A stretch of DNA of 63,922 bases, filler included, from Candidatus Aminicenantales bacterium (GCA_049512315.1; 3 parts of 3 records of this genome joined end to end with filler, not necessarily neighbours in it), one strand, 5' to 3'. Shown: positions 18,777 through 29,464, numbered from the whole stretch's first letter. Program-made: numbers and translations. The notes: generated from the sequence alone by a model not told the origin.

Positions 18777-19934
18777 ATGATCCGAACGATCGCCATCCTG
18801 GGCTCGACCGGTTCGATCGGGACGAGCACCCTGGATGTCGTCGACCGGATGGCCGGCCGGCTCGAAGTGACGGCGCTGGCCGCCGGCTCGAACCTGTCCC
18901 TGCTCGTCCGGCAGGTCGAGCGATACCGGCCGCGCCTCGTCTCCGTGAAAAGGAAGCGGGACGCCGACGCCCTCCGCCCTCTGGCCCGGCGCCGGGGGTT
19001 CAGGCTCGTCTCCGGCCCGGACGGCTCCGAGGAGGTCGCCCGGGACGGCCGGGCCGACGCCGTTGTCTCGGCCATCACGGGAATCGATGGATTCCGGCCC
19101 ACCCTGGCCGCAGTCCGGGCCGGCAAGCGGGTGGCCCTGGCCAACAAGGAGTCCGTCGTCGTCGGCGGCGCCCTGCTGCGCAAGGAAGCCGCCCGCTCCG
19201 GAGCCCTGATCATCCCCGTGGACAGCGAGCACAGCGGCGTCTTCCAGTGCCTGGCGGGCCTGAAGAAAACCCAGGTCCGGAGGGTCATCCTGACGGCCTC
19301 GGGCGGCCCTTTCTTGAGGACGCCGCTCAGCGACCTCCGGACGAAAAGCCCCGCCGACGCCCTGCGCCACCCGACCTGGAAGATGGGCAAGAAGGTTACT
19401 GTGGATTCGGCGACCCTCATGAACAAGGGGCTGGAGCTCATCGAGGCCCGCTGGCTCTTCGGCTTGGAACCGTCCCGGCTGGATGTCCTCATCCACCCCC
19501 AGAGCGCCGTCCACGCTCTGGTCGAACTGGAGGACGGCTCGATGCTGGCCCAGATGAGCGCCGCCGACATGAGGCTTCCCATCCAATACGCCCTGACCTT
19601 CCCGGAGAGACTGGACACGTCCCTGCCCAGACTCGACCTGGGCGGGCTCAGGCGCCTCGAATTCCTCGAGGTCGACGAGCGGCGATACCCCCTTTATGTC
19701 CTGGCCCGCCGGGCCCTGGCCCAGGGCGGGAGCCTGCCCGTGGCCCTCAATGCCGCCAACGAAATTGCCGTCGGGGCCTTTCTCGAAGCCAGGATCGCGT
19801 TCGTGGACATCCCGGCCGTCGTCCAGGCGGTTTTGGACGGGTCCCCCTGCGTCCCGGCGGATACCCTCGAGGCCATTTTCGAAATCGACCGGGAGGCGCG
19901 GCGCTCGGCCCGGCGCTTCCTGAAGCAAAGGTAG
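18777..19934 (+). CDS. dxr: 1-deoxy-D-xylulose-5-phosphate reductoisomerase
   Basis: LGSTGSIG, LANKES, PVDSEH, TASGGPF, NAANE. Confidence 0.97.
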   Translation: MIRTIAILGSTGSIGTSTLDVVDRMAGRLEVTALAAGSNLSLLVRQVERYRPRLVSVKRKRDADALRPLARRRGFRLVSGPDGSEEVARDGRADAVVSAITGIDGFRPTLAAVRAGKRVALANKESVVVGGALLRKEAARSGALIIPVDSEHSGVFQCLAGLKKTQVRRVILTASGGPFLRTPLSDLRTKSPADALRHPTWKMGKKVTVDSATLMNKGLELIEARWLFGLEPSRLDVLIHPQSAVHALVELEDGSMLAQMSAADMRLPIQYALTFPERLDTSLPRLDLGGLRRLEFLEVDERRYPLYVLARRALAQGGSLPVALNAANEIAVGAFLEARIAFVDIPAVVQAVLDGSPCVPADTLEAIFEIDREARRSARRFLKQR

Positions 19935-19938
19935 GACC

Positions 19939-21270
19939 ATGGCAACCATCTTCGGCACACTGCTCGCCTTCGTCATCGTCTTCGGTATCCTCGTTTTCGT
20001 CCACGAATTCGGCCACTTCTTCATGGCCAAGCTCGTCGGTATCCGGGTCGAGGTGTTTTCCTTCGGCTACGGCAAGCGGCTCTTCGGGTTCAAGAAAGGG
20101 GAGACCGACTACCGGGTCAGCCTCATCCCCATGGGCGGCTACGTCAAGCTCCTTGGAGAAGGGATGTTCGAGCCGAGCCGGGCGATTGACCCCGACGACA
20201 TGATGGCCAAGCCCCGCTGGCAGAGGCTCCTCGTCATGGCCATGGGCTCGATCATGAACATCATCCTGGCCGTCGTCCTCGTCGCGGTGATCAACGGCGT
20301 GGGCGTCCCGAGGCCGATCTACCAGGACGAAAAGCCGGTCATCGGCTGGATCGACAAGGACTCGCCGGCCGCCAACGCCGGGCTCCGGATCGGCGACGAG
20401 GTCGTCCGGATCAACGAGCGTCCGGTGAAGACCTGGAGCGACGTCGAGATCGCCGTCGGCTCACGGCCGGACAAGAAGATCCGGCTGGACATCCTGAGGG
20501 ACGGCCAGACGGCCTCCGTCGAGCTCCAGACGGAGTCCGTCAGCCGGTATTCCTTCGGCTACGCGGGATTCCGGGCCAGGGCCCTGACCCAGGTCCAGAT
20601 GGTCACGGCGAATTCGCCGGCGGAGCAGGCCGGGCTCAAGCCGGGCGACGTCATCCAGGCCGTCGACGGCCAGCCCGTCTATTTCTATCAGTTCATCCAG
20701 GTCCTCGAGCGGAGCGCCGGGAAAGAGCTCCAGTTCAGCGTCGAACGCGGCGGCCGGACCCTGACCATCCCCGTGACCCCCCGCCGACAGGGAAACGTCG
20801 GGAAGATCGGGATCGCCCAGATCCCCCAGTCCGTCCTCAAGAAATACGGCTTCCTCGAGGCCATCTCCCAGAGCGTCCGGGAGAACCTGAAGAACACGTT
20901 CCTCGTGGTCCAGTTCCTGAAGGACCTGTTCACGGGCGAGGCCTCGACGAAGCAGCTCGGCGGGCCCCTCAAGATCGCCAGCTTCTCCTACGACGCCCTG
21001 CGGATGGGCTGGCTGGCCATGATCACTTGGATCGCCGCCATCAGCCTCCAGCTCGGTATCCTCAACCTCATCCCGATCCCGGTCTTCGACGGCGGCCAGA
21101 TCTTTGTCCTTCTCATCGAATCCGTTTTCCGCCGCGACCTGAGCCCCAAGGCCCGGACCATCTGGATGCAGATCGGCTTCGTGATCTTCGTGGCCCTGAT
21201 CGCCTTCGTCATCCTCAACGACATCGTCAACCAGCTCCCCCACGGGTGGGGGAGCCTTCTGCCTTTTTAG
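19939..21270 (+). CDS. rseP: RIP metalloprotease RseP
   Basis: HEFGH, two PDZ domains, NLIPIPVFDGG. Confidence 0.95.
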   Translation: MATIFGTLLAFVIVFGILVFVHEFGHFFMAKLVGIRVEVFSFGYGKRLFGFKKGETDYRVSLIPMGGYVKLLGEGMFEPSRAIDPDDMMAKPRWQRLLVMAMGSIMNIILAVVLVAVINGVGVPRPIYQDEKPVIGWIDKDSPAANAGLRIGDEVVRINERPVKTWSDVEIAVGSRPDKKIRLDILRDGQTASVELQTESVSRYSFGYAGFRARALTQVQMVTANSPAEQAGLKPGDVIQAVDGQPVYFYQFIQVLERSAGKELQFSVERGGRTLTIPVTPRRQGNVGKIGIAQIPQSVLKKYGFLEAISQSVRENLKNTFLVVQFLKDLFTGEASTKQLGGPLKIASFSYDALRMGWLAMITWIAAISLQLGILNLIPIPVFDGGQIFVLLIESVFRRDLSPKARTIWMQIGFVIFVALIAFVILNDIVNQLPHGWGSLLPF

Positions 21271-21284
21271 GCGGGGAGGCGTCC

Positions 21285-22361
21285 ATGTTCGAACGCCGGA
21301 GGACGCGGCAGGTCCTGGTCGGCGGGGTCGCCATCGGCGGCGGCGCTCCCGTCGTCGTCCAGTCCATGACCAAGACGGACACCCGGGACGTCCAGGCGAC
21401 CGTGGCCCAGGTCCGCCGGCTGGAAAAAGCCGGGGTGGAGATCGTCCGGCTGGCGGTCCCGGACCGCGAGGCCGCCCGTGCCCTCCGGGAGATCAGGAGC
21501 CGGGTCCGGGTCCCCCTCATCGCCGACATCCATTTCGACCATAGGCTGGCCTTGGCTTCGCTCGAGGCGGGCGCCGACGGGCTCCGGATCAACCCGGGGA
21601 ATATCGGTTCCCTGGACAAGGTCCGGGAGGTCGTCCGGGCGGCGGGGGAGAGGCGGGTCCCCATCCGTATCGGGGTCAATTCCGGCTCCCTCGAAAAGGA
21701 CCTCCTGGCCGCGCACGGGGGGGTAACGGCCGCAGCCATGGTCGAGAGCGCGCTGAGGCATGTCCGCATCCTCGAGGATTGTGGTTTCTCCCTCATCAAG
21801 ATCTCCCTCAAGGCGTCCGACATCCCCCGGACCCTGGAGGCCTATAGGCTCCTGGCCGGAAAGGTCGATTATCCTTTCCACGCGGGTATCACGGAAGCGG
21901 GCCCGTTGCTCCCCGGGAGCGTCAAGTCCGCCGCCGGGCTGGCGCTTCTCCTGGCCGAGGGACTGGCGGACACCATCCGCGTCTCCCTGACGGCCCCTCC
22001 GGAGCGGGAGGTCGACGTCGCCTACCAGATCCTGCGGAGCCTGGGGCTGAGGACGCGCGGTGTCGAAGTCATCTCCTGCCCGACTTGCGGCCGGACGGAG
22101 GTCGATATGATGGACATCGTGACCCACGTGGAAAAAGCCGTCCGCGGCCTCCGGACGCCGATGAAGGTGGCCGTCATGGGCTGCACCGTCAACGGCCCGG
22201 GCGAGGCCAGGGAGGTCGATATCGGGCTGGCTTGCGGCCGGGGGGGCGGCGTCCTTTTCAGGGAAGGCCGGCTTTTGAGGCAGGTCCAGGGGGAGACGAT
22301 GGTCGGGGAGCTCATCGACGAGATCCGCAAGCTCGCCGGGGAATTGGATCAAGGACGCTGA
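21285..22361 (+). CDS. ispG: HMBPP synthase IspG
   Basis: VQSMT, ADIHF, RINPGNIG, SCPTCGR, MGCTVNGPGE. Confidence 0.96.
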   Translation: MFERRRTRQVLVGGVAIGGGAPVVVQSMTKTDTRDVQATVAQVRRLEKAGVEIVRLAVPDREAARALREIRSRVRVPLIADIHFDHRLALASLEAGADGLRINPGNIGSLDKVREVVRAAGERRVPIRIGVNSGSLEKDLLAAHGGVTAAAMVESALRHVRILEDCGFSLIKISLKASDIPRTLEAYRLLAGKVDYPFHAGITEAGPLLPGSVKSAAGLALLLAEGLADTIRVSLTAPPEREVDVAYQILRSLGLRTRGVEVISCPTCGRTEVDMMDIVTHVEKAVRGLRTPMKVAVMGCTVNGPGEAREVDIGLACGRGGGVLFREGRLLRQVQGETMVGELIDEIRKLAGELDQGR

Positions 22362-22398
22362 AAAGCCCGGTTGAGGACGACACTGGGAGGTTGGCGGC

Positions 22399-22441
22399 AA
22401 AAAAAAGGGGGAAGGGAAACCTTCCCATCTCTCCTTCCCCC
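22399..22441 (-). terminator. Intrinsic terminator after exbD
   Basis: GGGAAGG/CCTTCCC stem followed by a T8 run on the minus strand. Confidence 0.55.
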
Positions 22442-22489
22442 GTCGTGTCCGACGATGGCGTCAAGGATGAGCGGGGCTCGGGGCCGCGC

Positions 22490-22936
22490 TCAGTCGCCCT
22501 TTTCGGTCTTCTTCTCCGTGATGATGCCGACGACCTCGACCCCCGCGCTCTTGATGATATCCAGAATGGACTCCGCGAGGACCCCGTATTGGAGGTCCTG
22601 GTCCATCCTGAGATAGAGCTTCTTCTCGGAAACGGTTAGGAAGGCCTCTTCCAGCCCGTTCTGCAGGTTCTCCAGGGTCGCCCGGTCGTTGTTGATGTAC
22701 ATCTTGAACCCCTTCGGCTCCGAGGCCGATTTTTGGATGGACAGGACGACTGGGATGTTCTCAGGCACATCGGTCGTGAACTGAGCGTTGGGAAGCCGGA
22801 CGTCGATGCCCTTCTGGACGAGGGGCGTGACGACCATGAAGATGATAAGCAGGACGAGCAAGACATCGCAGAGAGGGACGACGTTCGGTTCGGAGCGGAT
22901 CTTTTCCTTGCCGCGCGTGGATAATGAAAATCCCAT
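22490..22936 (-). CDS. exbD: ExbD/TolR protein
   Basis: PNVVPLCDVLLVLLIIFMV. Confidence 0.9.
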   Translation of the reverse strand: MGFSLSTRGKEKIRSEPNVVPLCDVLLVLLIIFMVVTPLVQKGIDVRLPNAQFTTDVPENIPVVLSIQKSASEPKGFKMYINNDRATLENLQNGLEEAFLTVSEKKLYLRMDQDLQYGVLAESILDIIKSAGVEVVGIITEKKTEKGD

Positions 22937-22981
22937 GATATGCCTCTCGTTCGTCCGGCAATTCGGCTGCCGGGACTCGAT

Positions 22982-23659
22982 TTACTTGGCTTCGGCGGTG
23001 CGCATGAAGAAGTCGACGACCTGAGATGTCGTGTTGGTCATCTCGGCGCCGTAGACCTCGACTCGGGTGTTCAGGGTGTTGTAGCACCAGAGCGCGATGA
23101 TGGCGACGGCGATACCGAACGCCGTGGTCACCAGGGCTTCGGAAATGCCTCCGGCCACGGCGCCGATGCCGCCGGACCCGGTCAGGGCCATGCCGCGGAA
23201 CGCGTTGATGATGCCGGAGATCGTCCCGAACAGGCCGATGAAGGGCGCGGAGGTGGCGATGGTCGCGAGGATGGCCAGGCCTCTCTTGAGCTCCTGGTCA
23301 TACATAACCATGGCTCTTTCGCAGCCTCTCGTGGCCGTCTCCACCTGCTGTTCAGGGGAGAGCCGGGCTTCCTTGCCTTCCATGAACTCCTGGATGCCGG
23401 CGGCCGTGACGCGGGCCAGGTGGCTGGCCTTGTTGTCCTTCTTCGAAGCGAGGGACAGGGCGTCCCGGATGTTCCCGGCCTTCAGCAGGTCGGCGAGCTT
23501 GGGGGCCACTTCCTGGGACCTTTTCTTGGCCCGGGCGAAGGTCATCTGTCGCTCGATGAAAATGTAAAGGGAAACGATCGACAGACCGATCAGGATGATC
23601 GAAACCGTTTTGGCCACCATTCCCATCTGCTGCCACATTTCAATGAGACCAAATTGCAT
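22982..23659 (-). CDS. exbB: MotA/TolQ/ExbB proton channel
   Basis: APFIGLFGT, GISEALVTTAFG. Confidence 0.92.
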   Translation of the reverse strand: MQFGLIEMWQQMGMVAKTVSIILIGLSIVSLYIFIERQMTFARAKKRSQEVAPKLADLLKAGNIRDALSLASKKDNKASHLARVTAAGIQEFMEGKEARLSPEQQVETATRGCERAMVMYDQELKRGLAILATIATSAPFIGLFGTISGIINAFRGMALTGSGGIGAVAGGISEALVTTAFGIAVAIIALWCYNTLNTRVEVYGAEMTNTTSQVVDFFMRTAEAK

Positions 23660-23704
23660 AGGTCATACCTCCTTTTAGATATCGAAAGCCATTCTCTAGC
23701 TTTG

Positions 23705-23829
23705 CTATTTCAGCTGGAATCTGACGGTGACGGTGAAGATGACGGGCCGGGGCCGGCCGTTGATGATCATCGGCTCGTACACCCACTGGCGGACAGCGTC
23801 GATCGCCGCCTGGTCCAGGAGCGGGATCG
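23705..23829 (-). CDS. tonB: TonB C-terminal fragment, cut by the gap
   Basis: Manual translation IPLLDQAAIDAVRQWVYEPMIINGRPRPVIFTVTVRFQLK*. Confidence 0.85.
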
Positions 23830-23929
23830 NNNNNNNNNNNNNNNNNNNNNNNNNNNNNNNNNNNNNNNNNNNNTTAATTAATTAANNNNNNNNNNNNNNN
23901 NNNNNNNNNNNNNNNNNNNNNNNNNNNNN
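23830..23929. other. Artificial contig linker
   Basis: N run containing TTAATTAATTAA (stops in all six frames). Confidence 0.98.
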
Positions 23930-24099
23930 TCTAGCCAACGCAGGCGCCTAGCCGCGTCCTGGGAGATCGTCCCCTGGCGGACCAGGGACCGGATGTACTC
24001 GGCCCCTGGGACTATCGACCCGTAAATCGTCGACGACTTTAGATACATGGCAGCACCTATCATAGCCCAAGGTGTCACCTATGTATCTGAACGAGCTCA
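23930..24099 (-). mobile_element. Left end of a probable IS481-like insertion sequence with transposase N-terminus (ATG 24048)
   Basis: MYLKSSTIYGSIVPG...ISQDAARRLRWL resembles IS481-type transposase starts; terminal TGAGCTCGTTCAGATACATAGGTGACACC; contig breaks here. Confidence 0.55.
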
Positions 24100-24206
24100 G
24101 TGCCAAGGAGAGGCGTCGGATCCGGGACGGTTTCCCGAAGGGAGAGCCCGGGCCGGGGAGCCGCCGCTTGTCCTGAGCCCGGATTTTGCTATAATATTGA
24201 GCTGTT

Positions 24207-26141
24207 ATGCCGGACTTCAAAACTCGTTTGAAAGAAACGATTTACAAAAAGCTCGCGGGGACCTATCCCCTGTCCCTCGAAGAGCTCGAGGTCGCCTCGA
24301 CTCCTAACCAGAGCATGGGGGACCTGGCCCTGGCTTTTCCTCTTCAGCTCGCGAAAAAGCTCAAGAGGGCGCCCCGCTCGATCGCCGAGGAGGCGGCCGG
24401 ACTCCTCGCCGGGCTCGACGGCGTTCTCAAGGTCGAGGTCGCCGGGGCCGGCTTCATCAACCTTTCCCTCGATAGAGAAAAGTATTTTCACAACCTTCTT
24501 CGGGACATCGGCCGGACGGGGCTCGTCCCCGAGGAAGAGAAGATCATCATCGAGCACACGAACATCAACCCGAACAAGGCGGCCCATATCGGCCACCTCC
24601 GGAACGCCTGCCTGGGTGACACCCTTGCCCGTTGCCTCCGCTACAAGGGCGAGAAGGTCGAGGTCCAGAACTATATCGATGACACCGGCGTCCAGGTCGT
24701 GGACGTCGTCTTCGGCCTCATGGAGATCGAAGGCAAGACCCTCGCCGACCTCGACGGGATCCCCGGGAAATTCGATTACTACTGCTGGGACCTCTACGCC
24801 CGCGTCTCCGGCTATCTGGCCGAACATCCCGGGGCCGAGAAAAGGAAGGCCGAGGTCCTGAAAAAGATCGAGCACGGCGAGGGCCCCGAATACGCGATGT
24901 CCCGCCACGTCTCCCGCCAGATCGTCCGGGCCCACCTGGCCACCATGGCCAGGCTCGGGATCACCTATGATGTCCTGCCGTGTGAGAGTACGATCCTCCA
25001 TCTTAAATTTTGGCAGAAGGCTTTCGAGCTCCTCAAAGACAAGCAGGCCATCGAATATGTCACGGAGGGCGAGAACAACGGCTGCTGGGTGATGAAGCTC
25101 GAGGACGATTCGGACCGGGAGAAGATCATCGTCCGGTCCGACGGAACGGTCACCTACGTCGGCAAGGACATCGCCTACCAGCTCTGGAAATTCGGCCTCC
25201 TCGGCCGGGATTTCTATTATGAGCCGTTCGCCGAAGTCGGCGGCCGGACGCTCTGGATATCGACGGACGTCCCCGGCCCGGCCTCCCCCGGCTTCGGGAC
25301 GGCCAGCAAGGTTTACAACGTCATCGACACCCGGCAGTCCTACCTCCAGAAGGTCGTCGTCCAGGGGCTGCGATCGCTCAAGTTCCCGGACCAGGCCGCG
25401 AAGTCGGTCCATTTCTCCTACGAGATGGTCGCCCTCTCCCCCAACAGCCTGAAAGAGCTCGGCTACACCGCCTCGGAGGACGAGAAGGACAGACCTTTCC
25501 TCGAGGTGTCGGGGCGCAAGGGCCTGGGCGTCAAGGCCGACGACCTTCTTGACCGGCTCGAGGAAAAAGCCCTGGCCGAGATCGAAAAGAGAGGCGCCGG
25601 CTTCTCCGCGGAGGACAAGGCCAGGATCTCCCGGGAGATCGCCTCCGGAGCCCTCCGCTACTTCATGCTCAAGTTCGCCCGGAACTCTCTCATCGTCTTC
25701 GACTTCGAGGAAGCTCTAAGCTTCGAGGGCGAGACCGGCCCTTATCTCCAGTACACCTTCGTCCGGCTGAACAGCATCTTCCGCAAGCTCAAGGAGCGCG
25801 AGGGCACGACGGAGGAGGACGTCCTCCGGGCCGCGCGTGCACCGGTCGACCTCGCCGCGCTCTCCGACAAGGAGAAGGCCGATGTCTGGGACCTCGTCCT
25901 CTACGGTTCCCAGCTCGAGGAGGAGGTCCTCCGCTCGGTCAAATCCCTCGAGTTCTCCCACCTGGCGAAATTCGCCTTCAACCTCTGCCAGAAGCTCAAC
26001 ACTTACTACCACCAATATCCCGTGCTCTCCGAAGAGAACCAAGGGGTCAGGGCCGTCCGGCTCCTGACCATCCGATACATCAAGGAGCAGCTCAAGAGCG
26101 CGCTGGGCCTCATGGGCATTCCATTGCCCGAGCGGATGTGA
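24207..26141 (+). CDS. argS: Arginine--tRNA ligase
   Basis: EHTNINPNKAAHIGHLRN, SFEGETGPYLQY, C-terminal ERM. Confidence 0.96.
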   Translation: MPDFKTRLKETIYKKLAGTYPLSLEELEVASTPNQSMGDLALAFPLQLAKKLKRAPRSIAEEAAGLLAGLDGVLKVEVAGAGFINLSLDREKYFHNLLRDIGRTGLVPEEEKIIIEHTNINPNKAAHIGHLRNACLGDTLARCLRYKGEKVEVQNYIDDTGVQVVDVVFGLMEIEGKTLADLDGIPGKFDYYCWDLYARVSGYLAEHPGAEKRKAEVLKKIEHGEGPEYAMSRHVSRQIVRAHLATMARLGITYDVLPCESTILHLKFWQKAFELLKDKQAIEYVTEGENNGCWVMKLEDDSDREKIIVRSDGTVTYVGKDIAYQLWKFGLLGRDFYYEPFAEVGGRTLWISTDVPGPASPGFGTASKVYNVIDTRQSYLQKVVVQGLRSLKFPDQAAKSVHFSYEMVALSPNSLKELGYTASEDEKDRPFLEVSGRKGLGVKADDLLDRLEEKALAEIEKRGAGFSAEDKARISREIASGALRYFMLKFARNSLIVFDFEEALSFEGETGPYLQYTFVRLNSIFRKLKEREGTTEEDVLRAARAPVDLAALSDKEKADVWDLVLYGSQLEEEVLRSVKSLEFSHLAKFAFNLCQKLNTYYHQYPVLSEENQGVRAVRLLTIRYIKEQLKSALGLMGIPLPERM

Positions 26142-26192
26142 CGCAACTCTCGGAGCCAGCCTCGAGTTTTCGAACAAGGAAGGGAGGTTTTC

Positions 26193-27119
26193 ATGATCGA
26201 AGTTCAAGACCTCACCAAGAAATACGGAGAGCTCACGGCCGTCCGGAACCTCAGCTTTAAGGTCGAGAAAGGCAAGATCTGGGGACTGCTGGGCCCGAAC
26301 GCGGCCGGCAAGACGACGACCATGCGCATCCTGACCGGCTATCTGCCGGCGACGGAGGGCAAGGCCACCGTGGCGGGCTTCGACGTCTTCGAGCAGCCGA
26401 ACGAGGTCAAGAAGGCCATCGGCTACCTGCCGGAGACCGTTCCCCTCTACCCCGAGATGACGGTCGCCGGTTATCTGGGCTTCGTTGCCGAGATCAAACA
26501 GGTCCCGCCAGCGAAGCGGAAAGAGGCCGTGGACCGGGTTCTGAAATTGGCCTCTCTCGAATCCGTGAAGTCACGGCTCATCGAGCACATCTCACGCGGC
26601 TACAAGCAGCGGGTCGGCATCGCCCAGGCCATGATCCACGATCCCCGGGTCCTCATCCTGGACGAACCCACCATCGGCCTGGACCCGGCCCAGATCATCG
26701 AGATCCGGGAGCTCATCAAGAGCCTCCGCGGCGAGCACACGATCGTGCTCTCGACCCATATCCTGGCCGAGGTCACCCAGGTCTGTGACGGCGCCGTCAT
26801 CATCAACGAAGGTCGACTGATGGCCTCCGGCTCCCTCGAAGAGCTGACCGCCTCGGTCCATGGGAGAGACGGCGTCGTGATCCGGGTCCGCCAGGGCGGC
26901 GATGACGCCGCGGAGGCGGCCCGGCGGATCCCCGGGGCCGAGAAGGTGACGGTCGACGGCAACGAGATCCGGATCGAGTGGAGCCCGGGCCGGGACCTCC
27001 GGGAAGAGGTGGCCCGGCTGGCCGTGGAAAAAAACCTCGGGCTCCAGGAAATGAGGCCCGTCGCCACGAACATCGAGGACCTCTATTTGAAGATCATATC
27101 GGGAGGGCTCGAACAATGA
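26193..27119 (+). CDS. ABC transporter ATP-binding protein (GldA-like)
   Basis: GPNAAGKTT, SRGYKQRVG, LDEPT. Confidence 0.92.
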   Translation: MIEVQDLTKKYGELTAVRNLSFKVEKGKIWGLLGPNAAGKTTTMRILTGYLPATEGKATVAGFDVFEQPNEVKKAIGYLPETVPLYPEMTVAGYLGFVAEIKQVPPAKRKEAVDRVLKLASLESVKSRLIEHISRGYKQRVGIAQAMIHDPRVLILDEPTIGLDPAQIIEIRELIKSLRGEHTIVLSTHILAEVTQVCDGAVIINEGRLMASGSLEELTASVHGRDGVVIRVRQGGDDAAEAARRIPGAEKVTVDGNEIRIEWSPGRDLREEVARLAVEKNLGLQEMRPVATNIEDLYLKIISGGLEQ

Positions 27120-27883
27120 GAAACATCTGGTCCATCACGAAAAGAGAGCTCAGCGCCTATTTCAGCTCGCCGATCGCCTACGCGGTCATCTTCGGCTTCC
27201 AGCTCCTTTTCGGCTTCTTCTTTTTCAATCTCGTCTCGTGGTTCAACGCCCAGGCCATGCAGATGGCCCAGAATCCTTATTATTCCCAGCAGGCCAACAT
27301 CAACCAGATGGTCTTCTCTCCCCTGTTCCACAACACGAGCATCATCCTGATCCTGGTCGTGCCGCTCCTGACCATGAGGCTTCTGGCCGAAGAGAAAAAG
27401 ACCGGGTCGGAGGAACTCCTGTTCACCTCCCCGATCTCCGTCGGCCAGATCATCCTCGGCAAATATCTAGCCTGCCTGGTCGTCCTGGCCGCCATGCTAG
27501 GCCTCACAGCCTTGCTCTCGTCGATGGCCTTCGCCTACGGGAATCCCGAGCTCGTCCCCTGGCTCATCGGCTATCTCGGGCTGTTTCTCATGGGCGCCTC
27601 GTTCATCGCGGCGGGCTTGTTCTTCTCCGCTACGACCAAGAACCAGATCGTGGCCGGCTTTCTGACCTTCTGCCTCCTTCTGCTGTTCCTGGTCCTGAAC
27701 TGGGTGACGGCCAGCGGCTCCGGAGCGTGGCAATCCGTCCTGGGATATCTGTCCTTTTCCGATCATTTCGAAGACATGACCCGCGGCATCCTGGACACGA
27801 AGGACCTCGTCTACTACTTGAGCTTCTCTTTCTTTGGGCTTTTCCTGACCCATTCCCTGATCCAGTCCCGGCGGTGGAGGTGA
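27116..27883 (+). CDS. ABC-2 permease (GldF-like)
   Basis: RELSAYFSSPIAY, TMRLLAEEKKTG, NQIVA. Confidence 0.88.
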   Translation: MRNIWSITKRELSAYFSSPIAYAVIFGFQLLFGFFFFNLVSWFNAQAMQMAQNPYYSQQANINQMVFSPLFHNTSIILILVVPLLTMRLLAEEKKTGSEELLFTSPISVGQIILGKYLACLVVLAAMLGLTALLSSMAFAYGNPELVPWLIGYLGLFLMGASFIAAGLFFSATTKNQIVAGFLTFCLLLLFLVLNWVTASGSGAWQSVLGYLSFSDHFEDMTRGILDTKDLVYYLSFSFFGLFLTHSLIQSRRWR

Positions 27884-27886
27884 GCC

Positions 27887-29464
27887 ATGGAAACGATCAA
27901 GAAGAATCTCAACTCCGCCGCGCTCATTTTGATCCTCGCGGCTCTGGCGACCTGGATCATCCGACCGCAGAACAAGGCCGTGATCCTGGCCTTGGGTCTG
28001 GCCGGACTGATCTCGCTCATCGCTTACGCCGTCCTCCATCTGTCCTCCCTGAAAAAAGGCTTTCGCCGGAAATCCTTTATCTATTCCGGCAACACCCTCC
28101 TCGTCGTCGTCATCGTCCTGGCCATTCTCGGCCTGGCCAACTATTTCCTGTCCAAACACAACTACCGGGCCGATTTCACGGCGGCCAAGATCCACAGTCT
28201 GTCCGACCAGTCGGTGACGGTCCTGAAAAACCTGAAAACCGACATCTCCATCAAGGGCTTCTTCCGGGAGGGCAATTACAGCCGGGTGGCCATGGAGAAC
28301 CTGCTGAAGATCTGCGCCTACCATTCGGCGAGGATCAAGTTCGAGTTCATCGACCCCGATAAGAACCCTGGCCTGGTCAAGCGCTACGACGTCACCCAGG
28401 ACGGGACGACGGTCTTCGAGGCCGGGGGTAAAGAGAGCCGGATCACGGCCTCTTCGGAGGAGGACATCACCAACGCCCTCATCAAGGTCACCCGGGCCGG
28501 GAAGAAAGTCATCTATTTCCTGGAGGGGCACGGCGAAGCGACCCTGGCCGAGACCGGCGACAGCGGTTATTCTACCGCCAAAACCGAGCTCGAGAAGCTG
28601 AGCTACGAGGTCAAGAAGCAGAGCCTGGCCCTGGCGGACAGCTTCCCGAAGGACTGCGCCCTCCTCATCGTTCCGGGACCCCAGAAGGACCTCCTGCCGA
28701 ATGAGCTCGATACCATCAACAAGTACATCCAGGACGGCGGCCGGGTCTTCTTCATGGTCGACCCGGAAACGGCCCCGGGGATGAAGCCGTTCCTGGTCCG
28801 TTACGGCTTCAAGCTCGATGATGACATCGTCGTCGACACGGTCTCCCGTCTGCTCGGCGGCGATTACTTCATGCCGGTCGTGAGCCAATACGAGGAGCAC
28901 CCGATCACGCGCAAGTTCGGCTACGCGACCTTCTACCCCTACGCCAGGTCCGTCGAGATCAGCGATACGAAACCCGAGGGGGCAACGCTCACCGCCCTGG
29001 CCAAGACGAGCCCGAACTCCTGGGCCGAGCGCGAGCTTACGGAGAAGCAGGTCAAGTTCGATAAGGACAAGGACCGTCAGGGACCGATCACCCTGGCGGC
29101 CGTGGCTTCCCTTAAGGTCAAACCCGAAGAGGCCTCCCCCGCCGAGGCCAAGCCCGTCGAGAAGGCGGCTGGGGAAAAGACGACGAACGAAAAAGAGGCC
29201 CGGATCGCGGTCGTCGGCGATTCCGATTTCATCAAGAACAACTATTACAACCTGTCCGGCAACGGCAACTTCTTCCTGAACATCGCCAACTGGCTGACCG
29301 AAGAGTCCGATCTGATCTCGATCCAGCCCAAGACCCAGACGCCGCGGACGATCCAGCTCACTCCCTCCCAGGGCCGGCTGCTGTTTTTCGCCAGCATCGT
29401 CATCCTGCCCCTGGCCGTCCTAATCATCGGGGTTTATGTCTGGCTCAGGAGGAGGTCGCTGTGA
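27887..29464 (+). CDS. GldG-family ABC auxiliary protein
   Basis: DFT..KIHSLS, IYFLEGHGE, VVGDSDF, GNGNFFLN..NWL. Confidence 0.88.
   Translation: METIKKNLNSAALILILAALATWIIRPQNKAVILALGLAGLISLIAYAVLHLSSLKKGFRRKSFIYSGNTLLVVVIVLAILGLANYFLSKHNYRADFTAAKIHSLSDQSVTVLKNLKTDISIKGFFREGNYSRVAMENLLKICAYHSARIKFEFIDPDKNPGLVKRYDVTQDGTTVFEAGGKESRITASSEEDITNALIKVTRAGKKVIYFLEGHGEATLAETGDSGYSTAKTELEKLSYEVKKQSLALADSFPKDCALLIVPGPQKDLLPNELDTINKYIQDGGRVFFMVDPETAPGMKPFLVRYGFKLDDDIVVDTVSRLLGGDYFMPVVSQYEEHPITRKFGYATFYPYARSVEISDTKPEGATLTALAKTSPNSWAERELTEKQVKFDKDKDRQGPITLAAVASLKVKPEEASPAEAKPVEKAAGEKTTNEKEARIAVVGDSDFIKNNYYNLSGNGNFFLNIANWLTEESDLISIQPKTQTPRTIQLTPSQGRLLFFASIVILPLAVLIIGVYVWLRRRSL

Noticed and set aside
23830..23929. 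TTAATTAATTAA palindrome and ORFs crossing the N runs (also 44373-44472)
   Set aside because: Artificial contig spacer; no linkage can be inferred across it, so the 39.7-44.4 kb and 44.5-48.9 kb islands are not assumed to be one element
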